A stretch of 64,000 bases of DNA, taken from Nitrospirota bacterium (lineage in GTDB: Bacteria; Nitrospirota; UBA9217). The stretch covers positions 1,440,001 to 1,504,000 of the forward strand of contig CAVUCU010000001.1 in NCBI GenBank assembly GCA_963740085.1. Reading direction: 5' to 3'. The first letter of the stretch is position 1. The number at the start of each line of letters is the position of its first letter. The notes under the pieces were generated by a model. That model was not told where the DNA came from and searched no databases. It saw only the letters and a program-made list of their open reading frames with translations. Below, in pieces: positions 11,084 through 21,655 of this stretch. The translations under genes and the position numbers were made by a program.

Positions 11084-12172
11084 TTAGAAGTATTGTTTAT
11101 CAGCGATGCTGTTTGCAATGATAGCCGCCTTTATATTTTGCATTGCCTCTATTTCTTCAGGTGCGCCCTGCAAGAAGGGAGCAATTACCGCATTATAGTC
11201 ATCAATAAATTCTTTCACCCGTTGTTGTGCATCCTCAAATTTCTTTATATCTTCAGGCAGAGAAACGTTGTCACGGCCTTTTTTATAAAGATTCAACAAT
11301 TGATCTGCGTAGTCGCCGGTAAAGCCGGCAGCCTCTTTGAAGCTGCTTACTGCCTCTCTCGTTTTATCACAGAGCTCCACAATCCTCCTTGCTTTCGCTG
11401 GAGATGGAGCAGCGCCGATCAAATCTGTGGCGTCGTTTGACAAAATCAACAGTGTACCCAAAAGCTTTTTTGATCTATTACTATAACTATCAAAAAACCC
11501 ATAAACGAGTTGTGAATCTTCGTATGCCTGCCTTGACGCGTCAATATCTTGCAACGTGTTAATGGTTTTTTTAGCAATCTGCGCTTTCTGTTTCTCAGTG
11601 ACGCCGCCATACAATTGACCTAACGTACCTAAATTGCCTACTAATATCAATCCGGCCCCGCTCCCAATGAGAGCCGCTCCCGCGTGACTGGTTCTGTCTT
11701 GAGACAGCAGTAATGCGCCTGCCAGTAGGACCGCGGGACCCACCGCATCCGTCCATTTCTTAGCGATATCCCAATTGTTCGCAGTATCCTTCTCGGACCA
11801 GACATCTGTTGCTCTATGAAAGGTCATGTGGACCGCCGCTCCCTGTGTTGCATTGAAAATATCCGCGGAACCTGTTGATTGCTGCGAGAGCACGTTAGAC
11901 AGGTGGGACAATAAACAGGCACTTAAATCGGGCGACTCGCATCCAAAGGGTACGGCCGATAACTCGTGAAGTTGTTTCGTTGAAGCTTTATCTCGTAACA
12001 ATGACGGCTTACTGGCAACAAGCCTGGAGAGCACGACCAGTTGTCTCAAGTCGTTTCTCCATTGTTCTGGTGTCTTCGATGGTGATTCCTCGCCTGACCA
12101 GACCATGCTGGTCAATGCAGCCATGATACATAATAGGAGAAGAATCGTTCGGGAAACATATTTAATAGTCAT
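11084..12172 (-). CDS. Hypothetical secreted helical protein with a central hydrophobic hairpin
   Basis: 362-aa ORF with AAGGA RBS and signal peptide; visibly more AT-rich than its neighbours. Confidence 0.65.
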   Translation of the reverse strand: MTIKYVSRTILLLLCIMAALTSMVWSGEESPSKTPEQWRNDLRQLVVLSRLVASKPSLLRDKASTKQLHELSAVPFGCESPDLSACLLSHLSNVLSQQSTGSADIFNATQGAAVHMTFHRATDVWSEKDTANNWDIAKKWTDAVGPAVLLAGALLLSQDRTSHAGAALIGSGAGLILVGNLGTLGQLYGGVTEKQKAQIAKKTINTLQDIDASRQAYEDSQLVYGFFDSYSNRSKKLLGTLLILSNDATDLIGAAPSPAKARRIVELCDKTREAVSSFKEAAGFTGDYADQLLNLYKKGRDNVSLPEDIKKFEDAQQRVKEFIDDYNAVIAPFLQGAPEEIEAMQNIKAAIIANSIADKQYF

Positions 12173-12207
12173 AATTATCCTTTTTCACAACCGCTCATCC
12201 ACCCCGT

Positions 12208-12587
12208 TCAAGCCAATATGCCAGGCCCTTGATCCCGCTCGCCGGGACTTTCTCTCCCGTGCTGGCGGGCGTTCGGCAAAGCATCCCTTATGCCCTTCCG
12301 CACGCATGCGTCAAGGACCTTCCCGGCTGAGATCTCCTGCACGATTACGTTGCAGGGAAGCATGGTGCCTATCTTATCCTCTGGCTGCAATGCTTGTACG
12401 CAAAAGGCGGGTTGCAGGCGCCGAGGATCCGGTAGTTTCTGAATTCGACATCGAGCTTCTTTTTCAAGCTGGACTTCGCGTCGATTTCTGTCAGGATGCC
12501 GAATCCTTCCTTTTTAAGTTCCTCCGTCACTGCGGTGATAGTCTTATCAAAGCCCGGATTCAATGTCTTACTATAATAATAGCTCAT
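12208..12587 (-). pseudogene. DUF302 domain protein, frameshifted and apparently 3'-truncated
   Basis: MSYYYSK...EGFGILTEID...YRILGACNPPFAYK then, in another frame, QPEDKIGTMLPCNVIVQE; the usual C-terminal helix is missing. Confidence 0.75.
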
Positions 12588-12651
12588 AATAACCTCCTGT
12601 TGTCTGTTGTTTATGTGGATCCGTCTTAGAGGGTTCTCTCCTGACGTTTCG

Positions 12652-13668
12652 TCATTCCCTCGATGGGAGGTCACGCACCGCCCAAACCGAGAAAAAAGCG
12701 CCTCTTTTTTGTCCAACGCCGACTGCGCCTTTGGTGAGATAGAGCGCCCACGCCCAGTCAGGTTCGAACATGCTCGTCGTTGAAGACCAGTATCCTTCCC
12801 TGACGTCAGTGAAAGGATGTCCCTGAGAAAGCGCCGGACTGTGCGCGCTGCAATCAACAAGCGATTCCAGTTCATTGATGTTCGGCAGCCGCCATGAATA
12901 AGTGCCTCCTTGCTCCCGGTTGAGGTCTGTTACTGCTTTGAGCGCTTCCTCCCATGTCGTCGGTTTTCCGGTGAGGTCGGCTGAAGAGCGCCAGCAGAGG
13001 CTCGTGAGCCGGTCGACGACCATACTTCCTGCCTCCTCAAAGCGGGGTTCAGGCCACGGCGCGCCTGATCGGAATTCTCCATCCTGTCCAGATCCTGCGC
13101 AGGAGATGATCTGGCCCCTTGCGTCATAACAGAGGATTTGGCCGGTAGCAGGGAGAATGGTGTCCCCCTTTCCTCGAACAGGCCAGAGCAGGAAAAACTG
13201 ATCCTTCCGGCCGTAAAACATTCGTGCGCCCTCCATGTGGAGATACCACGCATAGGCAGTGTTGATCGCCGCGGTCGTGGACGTCCAGTACCATCCGCTG
13301 AACACGTTGACAAAGGGATGCCCCTCCGGCAGGGCCGGCTTCCTGGTCTGGTGACTCATAAGGCTTCGAAGTTCACGGCGGTTGGGAAGACGCCAGTCGG
13401 TGAAACCGAGTGCCTTGTCGCGATTCATCGTTGCGATGTGATCGAGGGCCTCCTGCCATGCCAGAGGGAATTCTGCCCTATTGGCGTTTCTTATCCAGAC
13501 AAGCCCGGTCAACCGGTCAAGGACCGCGTCGACAAGGACCTCGAATCGTGGTGCAGGCCAGGACACGCCGCTTCTGAAGTCCGCGTCCTGTCCGCTGCCA
13601 ATGCAATCGATCACTCGTCCCGTCGCATCATGGCAGGTGATCTGCCCTGTCTGGAGATAAGCGCTCAT
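12652..13668 (-). CDS. Tandem DUF1566 (Lcl C-terminal, C-type lectin-like) domain protein
   Basis: Two repeats of TGQxxCxD...DRLTxLxW...WRLPNxxELxSL...YWxSTT. Confidence 0.85.
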   Translation of the reverse strand: MSAYLQTGQITCHDATGRVIDCIGSGQDADFRSGVSWPAPRFEVLVDAVLDRLTGLVWIRNANRAEFPLAWQEALDHIATMNRDKALGFTDWRLPNRRELRSLMSHQTRKPALPEGHPFVNVFSGWYWTSTTAAINTAYAWYLHMEGARMFYGRKDQFFLLWPVRGKGDTILPATGQILCYDARGQIISCAGSGQDGEFRSGAPWPEPRFEEAGSMVVDRLTSLCWRSSADLTGKPTTWEEALKAVTDLNREQGGTYSWRLPNINELESLVDCSAHSPALSQGHPFTDVREGYWSSTTSMFEPDWAWALYLTKGAVGVGQKRGAFFSVWAVRDLPSRE

Positions 13669-13772
13669 AGCATTATGCCGGCACAGCATCGTTCATCCTC
13701 CGTATCTTTCCATGATCATAGGGATGATGGAACCATTATGTCGTTCATTAACACCCGCAGCGCGCTACATTT

Positions 13773-13979
13773 TTACTTTCGTTTCATCATAAATACGACA
13801 CCAAAAATAACGAGAATCGCGATAATGATCCCGAACACCCCTCCATAGCCCATACCCCATCCCCAATTACCACCCCCCATCATGCCACCGCCGCCACCTT
13901 GACTGCCGCCCATCTGGGCAAATGCTGAGGTGCTAAAAAAAACAAACAAAACCGTTAAAATAATCATTAAGCTTTTCAT
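13773..13979 (-). CDS. Small Gly/Met-rich membrane protein
   Basis: Signal peptide, GGMMGGGNWGWGMGYG, one TM helix; AAGGAGG RBS. Confidence 0.7.
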   Translation of the reverse strand: MKSLMIILTVLFVFFSTSAFAQMGGSQGGGGGMMGGGNWGWGMGYGGVFGIIIAILVIFGVVFMMKRK

Positions 13980-14093
13980 CTTTTTCCTCCTTGGTGGTTG
14001 TTTTTCATCCTGAATATTCCGTTAATTCTGTTGTCCCATCAAAAAAGTTCTATTTTTTCGATCCCTTTTTCAAAGAATTTGATTTGTATCTGA

Positions 14094-14726
14094 CTAATGT
14101 TTTTGCGGATCAGTCCTGGATGGCTCCGCTTTTTTCGGCTCTGTGCTCGTAACTTCTTTCGACTGCGTCCCGCTCACGTCAGGACCCGTTCCCGTAATAC
14201 AGCCATATGCCTTTTTCATCTGATCCATCATCTCCATCCGGGATGACTCGGTTGCTGTCTTTGGGTCTTGCATGTGTACTTCATGAAGGTCTATTGCTTT
14301 TTTGAGCCACTGCCCGGCACAGTTAAGTTTCGACTGAGGATCATCCACCCCTGCCATATCCACAGGCATCGACATCATCTTCTGCATCTTTTCTTTCATC
14401 TGCGCCATGTCATTCATCATCCGCCTTTTCTCAGCAGCATTAGGCCCCTTCATCATCTTTTCCTGCATAATCATCATATCCATCATCATCTGCATCATTT
14501 CCTTCTTGTCACCCATCATCTTTTTCATCATGCCGTTGTCCATCATTTGCTTCATCATCGGCTGGCATTTCTCCCTCATCGGCTTCATCATCTCTTCATC
14601 CATTTTCATGCCCTGCTGCTTCATCTCCCCCTTCTGCTCACCCTTCATGCCGCTGTCCGTCTGGGCAAAGGCATAGGTTGCGGTCACCATCAGAACAGCC
14701 ACGCTTATCGACAATATCTTTTTCAT
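14094..14726 (-). CDS. Methionine-rich exported protein (possible Cu/Ag binder)
   Basis: Signal peptide (AYAFA); dense MM/MxxM repeats; AAGGAGG RBS. Confidence 0.7.
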   Translation of the reverse strand: MKKILSISVAVLMVTATYAFAQTDSGMKGEQKGEMKQQGMKMDEEMMKPMREKCQPMMKQMMDNGMMKKMMGDKKEMMQMMMDMMIMQEKMMKGPNAAEKRRMMNDMAQMKEKMQKMMSMPVDMAGVDDPQSKLNCAGQWLKKAIDLHEVHMQDPKTATESSRMEMMDQMKKAYGCITGTGPDVSGTQSKEVTSTEPKKAEPSRTDPQKH

Positions 14727-14828
14727 TTTATTCCTCCTTCTCATTTTATTTCACCACCGATAAAAAGCTCTCGTGCATAGCCTTTATATTGATTCGTGAT
14801 CCATGTGTTCCGCATACTGTCTAATCTC

Positions 14829-16680
14829 TCATGAAACCATTAATAATTTACTGAACTCTTCAGCGGGAAGGGGTTTGCCGAAGTAGTATCCCTGCATCTC
14901 ATGGCAGCCTAATGACCTGAGATATTCCATTTGCTCCTGTGTCTCAACCCCTTCCGCGATGACCGTCATTTTCAATTTGTCGGCCATGGCGATCACCGCG
15001 CCGACAATCGCCCCGTCTTCAGGGGCGCTCGTGATATCCCGGATGAAGGATTTGTCGATCTTAAGCTTCTGAACGGGCAGCTTTTTAAGATAATTCAGCG
15101 ATGAATAGCCCGTGCCGAAATCGTCAATGGATATTCCCACTCCCATCTCCGCCAGTTTGATCATTTTGGGAAGCATGTGCTCCAGGTTTCGCATCGCAAC
15201 GCTCTCGGTAATTTCAACAGCAAGATGCTCCGGATCAAGACCGGTCTCACACAGTATCTCGGTAATTCTCTCAATGAGGTCTGATTTTTGGAACTGTTTG
15301 GCCGAAAGGTTGACCGCGACACAAAGGAACGCAAGTCCTGCGCTGTGCCACTCTCGAACCTGGGTGCAGGCGGTCCTGAGCACCCATTCGTCAATAGCGG
15401 CAAGAAACCCCATCTCCTCGGCAAGAGGAATGAAATGCACGGGATCAAGCACTCCCCGCTCCGGATGTCGCCAACGCACCAGCGCCTCCGCGCAAATACA
15501 TCTGCCTCGTATCGATGGTGATCTGGGGCTGGTAGTAGACCAGCAACTCGCCGTTCTCAAGCGCCCGGCTCAGCTGGCTCTCTAACCGCAGGCGTTCGAT
15601 CGACCGTATGTTCATTGACGGATCATAGAATTGAAATGAATTCCCGCACTGTTCCTTCGCAGCATACATGGCGATATCAGCATTCTTGAACAGCTCCTCA
15701 ATGCTCTCGCCGTCATCGGGATAGATACTGATGCCTATGCTGGTTGTTATGTCAAACTCATGCCCGTTGATCACAAAAGGTTTGCTGAAGGAAGCAACGA
15801 CTTTCCGCGCAATGTTGATAATATCGTCGGCACGGGGGATCTGGGTCAGGAGTATATTGAACTCGTCTCCTCCCGTACGCGAGATCGTATCTGACGCGCG
15901 CACACCGTGTTGCAGCCTGCCGACGACCTCCTTGAGCAGATCGCCGGCGTCATGGCCCAGGGTGTCATTGATGTATTTAAAGCGGTCGAGATCGAGAAAC
16001 GGCACGGCAAGCCTTTTCTGTCCGCGCCGGGCCTGGCCCAGCTCGATCGTCAGGATTTCCATCAGCAGCCGCCTGTTCGGCAGATTGGTCAGTGTATCAT
16101 GGTGCGCCTGGTGTTGTATCTCCTCCTCCATCTGCTTGCGCCGGGTGATATCGATTGTTGCCGTGTGACAAAGAATGCGGCTGCCCTCGGGGTCCTTCAC
16201 CGGAACGCTCTGTAATTGAATAATGAGCGCGGGGCTTTTTTTTCTCATGAGACTTATTTCACAGATAAGGCGCGTCTCTCCTTGCAGGGTTTCCCTGAGG
16301 TGCGCCCCGAAGATGTCCCGGTCCTCTTTGATGACAGGGTCCGCAAACGGCTTGTTGATCAAACGCAGCCGATCGGCGCCCAGAAGCCGGGCCCCGGTAA
16401 GATTCACTTCCACTATCAGGCCGTTTTTATCGAAGGTGAAATAGCCGACGGGTGCGAAATCATACAGGTCTGCATACCTGCTTCGTGACGCTTCGAGCTC
16501 ATCCTGGGCCCTGCGCAGCTCTTCATTCTGCATTTCCAGCTCGATCTGGTGTGTTCCGAGTTCGTAAACGGGGTTTTGTACTTCCTGCATGGAAATGCTT
16601 TTCATCCTTCCCGCCTGCTGCTGCAGTCGCTTTTCCGCTTCTTTGCGAAGCGCTCCAAGGTCATTGGATTTCTTTCCCAT
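14829..16680 (-). pseudogene. PAS-GGDEF-EAL diguanylate cyclase/phosphodiesterase, frameshifted near 15500
   Basis: HDTLTNLPNR, DLDRFK, GGDEF, YYQPQ in the first ORF; EALVRW and DDFGTGYSS in the second. Confidence 0.88.
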
Positions 16681-16843
16681 GATCTATGCTCCCCGTCTCC
16701 TTGTTTCGAATATTAGACCCCTCGCTTCTTTCTCCAGGACGACCTCCATCGAAAGGAGGATCTTCCTTGTCTGTCGGTCGAACTCCTCGATTTTGTGCTC
16801 AATGACAAGAAAATGTCCAAAGTCCAAAAAGAGCCTAGTTGTT

Positions 16844-17697
16844 TTACGCCGGCGCTGAACGCCCTTCGGTCTGAGCAGCGCACAGACAGGCGCCGAAAAT
16901 AAAAATGTACCCGGAAAAGTAAATCCACAGCAGCAAGGCCATCATTCCACCGAACGCCCCATAGACCGCGTTTAACGTGGCGAAGTTCTTGATGTATATC
17001 ACGAACAGACCTTCTGCCGCCCGCAAGAGAACCGTGGCGGACAGGGCGGCGGCCCAGACCTCTGCAAAACGTGTGGGACGGCGCGGAGCCAGCCTATAAA
17101 ACAGGCTCAGACTGAGGAACACCACCACCAGGGGGATGACGAAGCTGCCAAGGGCATAGATCAAGGAGTGGAATTCGCTCCCGGTAAAGAGCCAGGCCTT
17201 TGCCATTTTCGCCAGTACCGGCACCGCCATGCCCAGGAGGACCGCTCCCGCGGTGATGCCGAGCAGTGCCAGGCTTTTCAGCGGCATCCGCCACCAACTT
17301 GTGTTGCGGTGTTCCAGGCGCGGTTGGTGGCGCGGATAAGGGTAATGAAACAGCGGATGGCACCCCAGAGCAGTATGGGAAACGCGATCGCGCTCGCATG
17401 CCTGCGTGCTTTGATCACACCGGCGATGGTATCAAAAATGTGATGCTGCATCGCGCCGCTGATCGGGAGGTAACTTTCCATGTAGGCAATGACCTCTTTT
17501 CCGGCCCTGTCCCGGTTAATAAAGAATGAGGCGATCGTGACGATCAGGACCATCAAAGGAAACAGTGAAAAGAACGCATGGAAGGCGAACGCCCCTCCCC
17601 ACTGTGCCCCGTCTATCCGTAAAAATTTTTTTATGGAGAGAATAAGGATAGCCGAGACCCTGCGGGTCCTTTGGTTAATCCGGCTTGAGATATTCAT
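16844..17697 (-). pseudogene. YihY/virulence factor BrkB family membrane protein, frameshifted near 17290
   Basis: AFAFHAFFSLFPL, ATNRAW, YRLAP, YGAFGGMMALLLWIYFSG split over two ORFs. Confidence 0.82.
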
Positions 17698-17925
17698 CTG
17701 GCCTGCCTTTCTCCCGATGAAGAATGCTTCGAATACCCAAAACCTCCGCGATCTGGACGAACATCGGTGTATTGTCGATATGGACTACCTGCCGGCCGTC
17801 GCCCGCGCGATGTCCAGCGCCGAAACTGAGCCTGGAAGAACGGTTGCAAATAGCGCCGTTTGTTCATGATGATTTGCGTGTCAGTCTGTTTCAATGCCGA
17901 TGATGCGTCTTCTTATGAGCGCCGC

Positions 17926-18156
17926 TCAACCTTTCTTGTAGAATCCTTCTTTTTTAACATTATGCCGATGCCCCTGTGGCGGTTTATTGATAGGTTCAAC
18001 TCGCTTCTCTGTTTCGTGTGCATGTTTTTCACGTTTTTCCATCACGATATTTTCTGCCTCGAACCAATACTTTAAATTATTTCCGGGAACGCTGCCTTCT
18101 TGTTCATATAGTTTGTAGGCAAGCTTTTCAATCTCATCATGTAAGCTTTTTTTCAT
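17926..18156 (-). CDS. DUF2934 domain protein
   Basis: IEKLAYKLYEQEG...YWFEAE signature. Confidence 0.8.
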   Translation of the reverse strand: MKKSLHDEIEKLAYKLYEQEGSVPGNNLKYWFEAENIVMEKREKHAHETEKRVEPINKPPQGHRHNVKKEGFYKKG

Positions 18157-18219
18157 TTTCGTTCCTCCTTACGCTCAATACTGCTTTCTCTGGATGTTTC
18201 CCTCTCAACCCTGACGACG

Positions 18220-18624
18220 TTATTTGTGAAAGTACTTCCGTGCCTTCGCAGCAATCTGCCGATCGGTCATTTTGTCGACTGTTTCAATGCCGGCAATTCG
18301 TCCATCGAGCTTGTTTTTTTTAAGACGCTTTTTCAGTTCGTCCTTGGCGTCACCGGGACCAAAGATTAGAATAGATTCCGCGTCGCGAATACCGGCAATT
18401 ATTGCGTCGTAGTAAATATTGAGATGTCCCGTAAGCGCTTTCTGGCGGCTGTCAGCCGCCGGAACCTGCTGCGGTTCATAGTGCCCCTTAAGAGGGGAAT
18501 CACCGGAACGGCGAAGCTGTTTTTCCGCCTTCGATATTATCAGTCCCATCTCTTCCCCTTTGCCCGTAATAGCCACGATACGAGCCTTTTTATGGTCAAT
18601 CCATAAACCCACTGTCGTTTTCAT
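18220..18624 (-). CDS. eRF1 middle-domain-like / host-attachment-family protein
   Basis: VGLWIDHKKA, ILIFGPGDAKDELKKRL, ETVDKMTDRQIAA. Confidence 0.7.
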   Translation of the reverse strand: MKTTVGLWIDHKKARIVAITGKGEEMGLIISKAEKQLRRSGDSPLKGHYEPQQVPAADSRQKALTGHLNIYYDAIIAGIRDAESILIFGPGDAKDELKKRLKKNKLDGRIAGIETVDKMTDRQIAAKARKYFHK

Positions 18625-18669
18625 ACTTTCTCCTTTTCGATACCCGATCAACTTGGTGCCTGAAATGGA

Positions 18670-19346
18670 TCAGGCCCGGTTATCCGGCATTCCGTCATAT
18701 GCGACAACCAATTCCGACTTATCGCAGAATACAAAACTCGCGTTCATGTGGTCACGTTCATCCAGACCGATGCGCCTGAACACGTCAGCCCAGGTCGGCA
18801 GCTCTCCATGTTCTTTCACCTGTTCATTATTGACGGGCTGTCGTTCCCACTCCGGATGTTCTTCAACAAACTGTGCGTACACGTGTTCGGCATGGTCCTC
18901 GAACTCCGCGTTGAACAGGAAAGCTCTGCGAATGCTGGTCAATGCCGTCACGCGCATTAATACCGCATAGAAAACGACCATAAGACCGGGAGAGGCGGAA
19001 TCAGATACCACGGGTCCCTGATCCCGTCCTCTTTCATCTTTTCGTTGACAACGAGCAAGTGCCAAAATTCACTATCCTGGGCGTCGCGGGCCCACATCAT
19101 GATTTTGCGCGCCTCTTGCACCAATGCTCGGTCCCCATAACGTCGCGTCATGCGTGCATACTCACGGGTTTCCCAAGAACGGTAGGGGATGCTGGCCAGT
19201 ATCTCTATGAGCTTTACCTTGGGCAGGGTTATTGTTCTTCCAGTAATCAGGTCCATCGACAAGAAAAATACTTTAGCGGCAAGCGAATACCTGAATGGTG
19301 GCCTCTCGTTTGATGCCTTCTGTTCTTTCTTGAGATCAGGGGTCAT
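18670..19346 (-). pseudogene. Alternative oxidase/PTOX-like di-iron carboxylate protein, frameshifted near 19000
   Basis: IEILASIPY, QDSEFWH, EFEDHAEHVY, DERDH give the ligand pattern E / ExxH / E / ExxH. Confidence 0.72.
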
Positions 19347-19422
19347 GTTATCTCTCCCCGGCTGATTGCTTATGACGACCCAGCGCCGCCGGCCAACGTC
19401 TTGTTTGCAAACTCCTCACAAA

Positions 19423-20712
19423 CTATGGATTCTTCCCCTCGGATGCCAGGGGTTTTCTGTTCAGGAATCCGGACAAGAATAACGCCAACACGGTGTACGT
19501 CACGAACAGATAATACCCCGGCTGAAGAGAAGTGCCGTTCGTCGTTACGATCACCAGTTCCTGGCTCGCTTTGCTCAATTGACCGAACTGGCTGGTAATG
19601 ATCCCGTTAAATCCGATATAGGCCATGAATATGGCGACCACCATGACATCGGCCATGGACCATTTCCCGGATTTCAGGACAAAGAACCTGATCACCGGGT
19701 TCTCCTTTGCTCGGTGATAATTGTAATAATATCCCAGTGACGATATTATTTTTAACAGGGGGAACACGATGCTGAAGGTGATCAGCAGGACCCCGACAAA
19801 TTTCATCTGAATATCCGAATGGGTGATCATGATCCAAAAAACATCCAGAATGCTTTTGCTTTGAAAATACAATACCTGGTTCTCAAAATGGACGGGATGC
19901 CCCATCAGCACAAAACTCATCTCGGTGATCTTCGCCTCCATATCGATCATGGGCGTGGTTACGCCGGAGATCAGCAGCATGAGAAGAGACAGAACGAGCA
20001 GAATATATGGGGAGGGCGCCAGGGGGCGCCTGCCGAAACCGAACAGAGCGAAAAGGATGACCGAGAGAACGATCAACAGCATAGCCTCCTTAAAGATCAG
20101 GCTGCTCTCAACTGAAATTGTCTTCCTGAGCTTGATCCTCGCGCCTTCAATATCTTTGGAATCAGTTCTCAGCAGGATGCGGCTCAGTCGAGCGGTATCC
20201 TGTGTTTCAAAGGTCTGGTTTAAATATTCTTTAAGCTGTTCCTGCAGCATGGTCTTAATCTGGCCCCTTGTTCTCTTCTTTGTCAACTCATGCATGACGG
20301 CATCCGCATATTCAGGAATACCCTTTTTAATATCTTCCAGGCTGACGAATATATCGATAAAAGCTTGAGAGACCCAGCCCCCGGTTGAGTCCGCGTTCCC
20401 CTCCCTGATCTTCTTGTCGACTTTATCAATGAGCGTATTCAACAGAACTTCGATATGTTTTCGAAGATCCCGCTCATCCGTCCTTGACAGATCCAGCTTA
20501 TCGATCTCCTCGGCGAGAATCACGGTAATTTGGCGTTTCCATGCGTCAACGCTGAAAAGACCGTATTTGACATGGTTGAGCTCGGCATAATCGTTCTTGT
20601 TCTCCTGGTTGATAATCGCCTTTGATATGATTTGACCGCATAACAGAGCCGATGCGATAATGACTATCAAGGATAAGACAAGATTAAACAGTTTTATGGT
20701 AGTGACTTTCAT
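19423..20712 (-). CDS. Paraquat-inducible protein A (PqiA) domain membrane protein
   Basis: FSIVFPLLK and GKWSMADVMVVAI motifs in the C-terminal TM region. Confidence 0.78.
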   Translation of the reverse strand: MKVTTIKLFNLVLSLIVIIASALLCGQIISKAIINQENKNDYAELNHVKYGLFSVDAWKRQITVILAEEIDKLDLSRTDERDLRKHIEVLLNTLIDKVDKKIREGNADSTGGWVSQAFIDIFVSLEDIKKGIPEYADAVMHELTKKRTRGQIKTMLQEQLKEYLNQTFETQDTARLSRILLRTDSKDIEGARIKLRKTISVESSLIFKEAMLLIVLSVILFALFGFGRRPLAPSPYILLVLSLLMLLISGVTTPMIDMEAKITEMSFVLMGHPVHFENQVLYFQSKSILDVFWIMITHSDIQMKFVGVLLITFSIVFPLLKIISSLGYYYNYHRAKENPVIRFFVLKSGKWSMADVMVVAIFMAYIGFNGIITSQFGQLSKASQELVIVTTNGTSLQPGYYLFVTYTVLALFLSGFLNRKPLASEGKNP

Positions 20713-20755
20713 GGTAGTGACCTGTGAGAAGTTTTGAACTCGCCTCTGCGCCCCA

Positions 20756-21583
20756 TTATTGTATGTCCTTGCCGGTTTCCATCTTCGTCAGGGTGGACAC
20801 GATGGACCCGATGGCGATGGTGCTTTTCATGAGAACCGGGACCTTCCGGCTGTCGTCCGTGAGCCAGATGAAGATCTCTCCCTTGTTCATGAAGACCCCC
20901 TCGTACTTGGGAAAGGTCCTGACCTTGATCGTGGCGAAATCGCCGGCCGGCGTCTTCACCCTTTCCCTGCCCAGGGTGTGGACCTCAACGGACCAGTTCT
21001 TGCCGCTGTCGTGAACCTGTATGATGATCGGCTTGCCGACGATGAAGTCGTCCCGGGTCCGGAGGTAGTAGAGCGATGACAGCGCGTCCTGTGTATGGTC
21101 TGGGATCGCAAATGTCTCCGGCGGGTCTTCGTTCAACGTGCTGATGACTGTATTCTTTACATGGTCGAAGACCAGTTCACGGTGTCTCTTTCTCTTGCCG
21201 TGGTTTTCGTTGAGGGTGAACGTGAGGCTTTGCATGATCCCCGGGTCAAAAACGCTCTGAAGCCTGTCGTCAACCCGGTAGAACGCGTCCACCAGGCCGG
21301 CGGAGTGTGTGGTAACGATAAACATGAGGACCTTTTTTCCATCGGGCAGTGTTCCCTCTTTGATCTCCGTGGTCGCGGTCCCTGCCGTGACGATGTTAGA
21401 CCAGGTGATATCGTAGACCAGTGTTTCTCCCGGCTGCAATGCCTCTATGCGCGGCTGGACGGAGGCTGTCGGTTCTTCCGCGCTGCTCATGCCGGGAATA
21501 AGCATGAGCCCGAGGGCGAGTGAGCACCAGCCGGCCGGACGCCGCATTCTTTTTAAACAGCGCATTATCTTCGTCGCGTTCAT
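20756..21583 (-). CDS. DUF3108 domain exported protein
   Basis: GETLVYDI, QDALSSLYYLR, VKTPAGDF, IWLTDDSRKVPV. Confidence 0.82.
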   Translation of the reverse strand: MNATKIMRCLKRMRRPAGWCSLALGLMLIPGMSSAEEPTASVQPRIEALQPGETLVYDITWSNIVTAGTATTEIKEGTLPDGKKVLMFIVTTHSAGLVDAFYRVDDRLQSVFDPGIMQSLTFTLNENHGKRKRHRELVFDHVKNTVISTLNEDPPETFAIPDHTQDALSSLYYLRTRDDFIVGKPIIIQVHDSGKNWSVEVHTLGRERVKTPAGDFATIKVRTFPKYEGVFMNKGEIFIWLTDDSRKVPVLMKSTIAIGSIVSTLTKMETGKDIQ

Positions 21584-21655
21584 CTTTCTCCGTTCCTTTT
21601 CAGGACTTCTGTATCAAGTCACCCTTTGCCGGGCGATTGCAGTTTATTGCCGTCC

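Noticed and set aside
12652-13668. DUF1566 protein as a diversity-generating retroelement target
   Set aside because: No reverse transcriptase and no template repeat differing at adenines was seen in the window
14268-14780. His-rich plus-strand ORF
   Set aside because: Antisense shadow of the Met-rich gene (ATG read as CAT)
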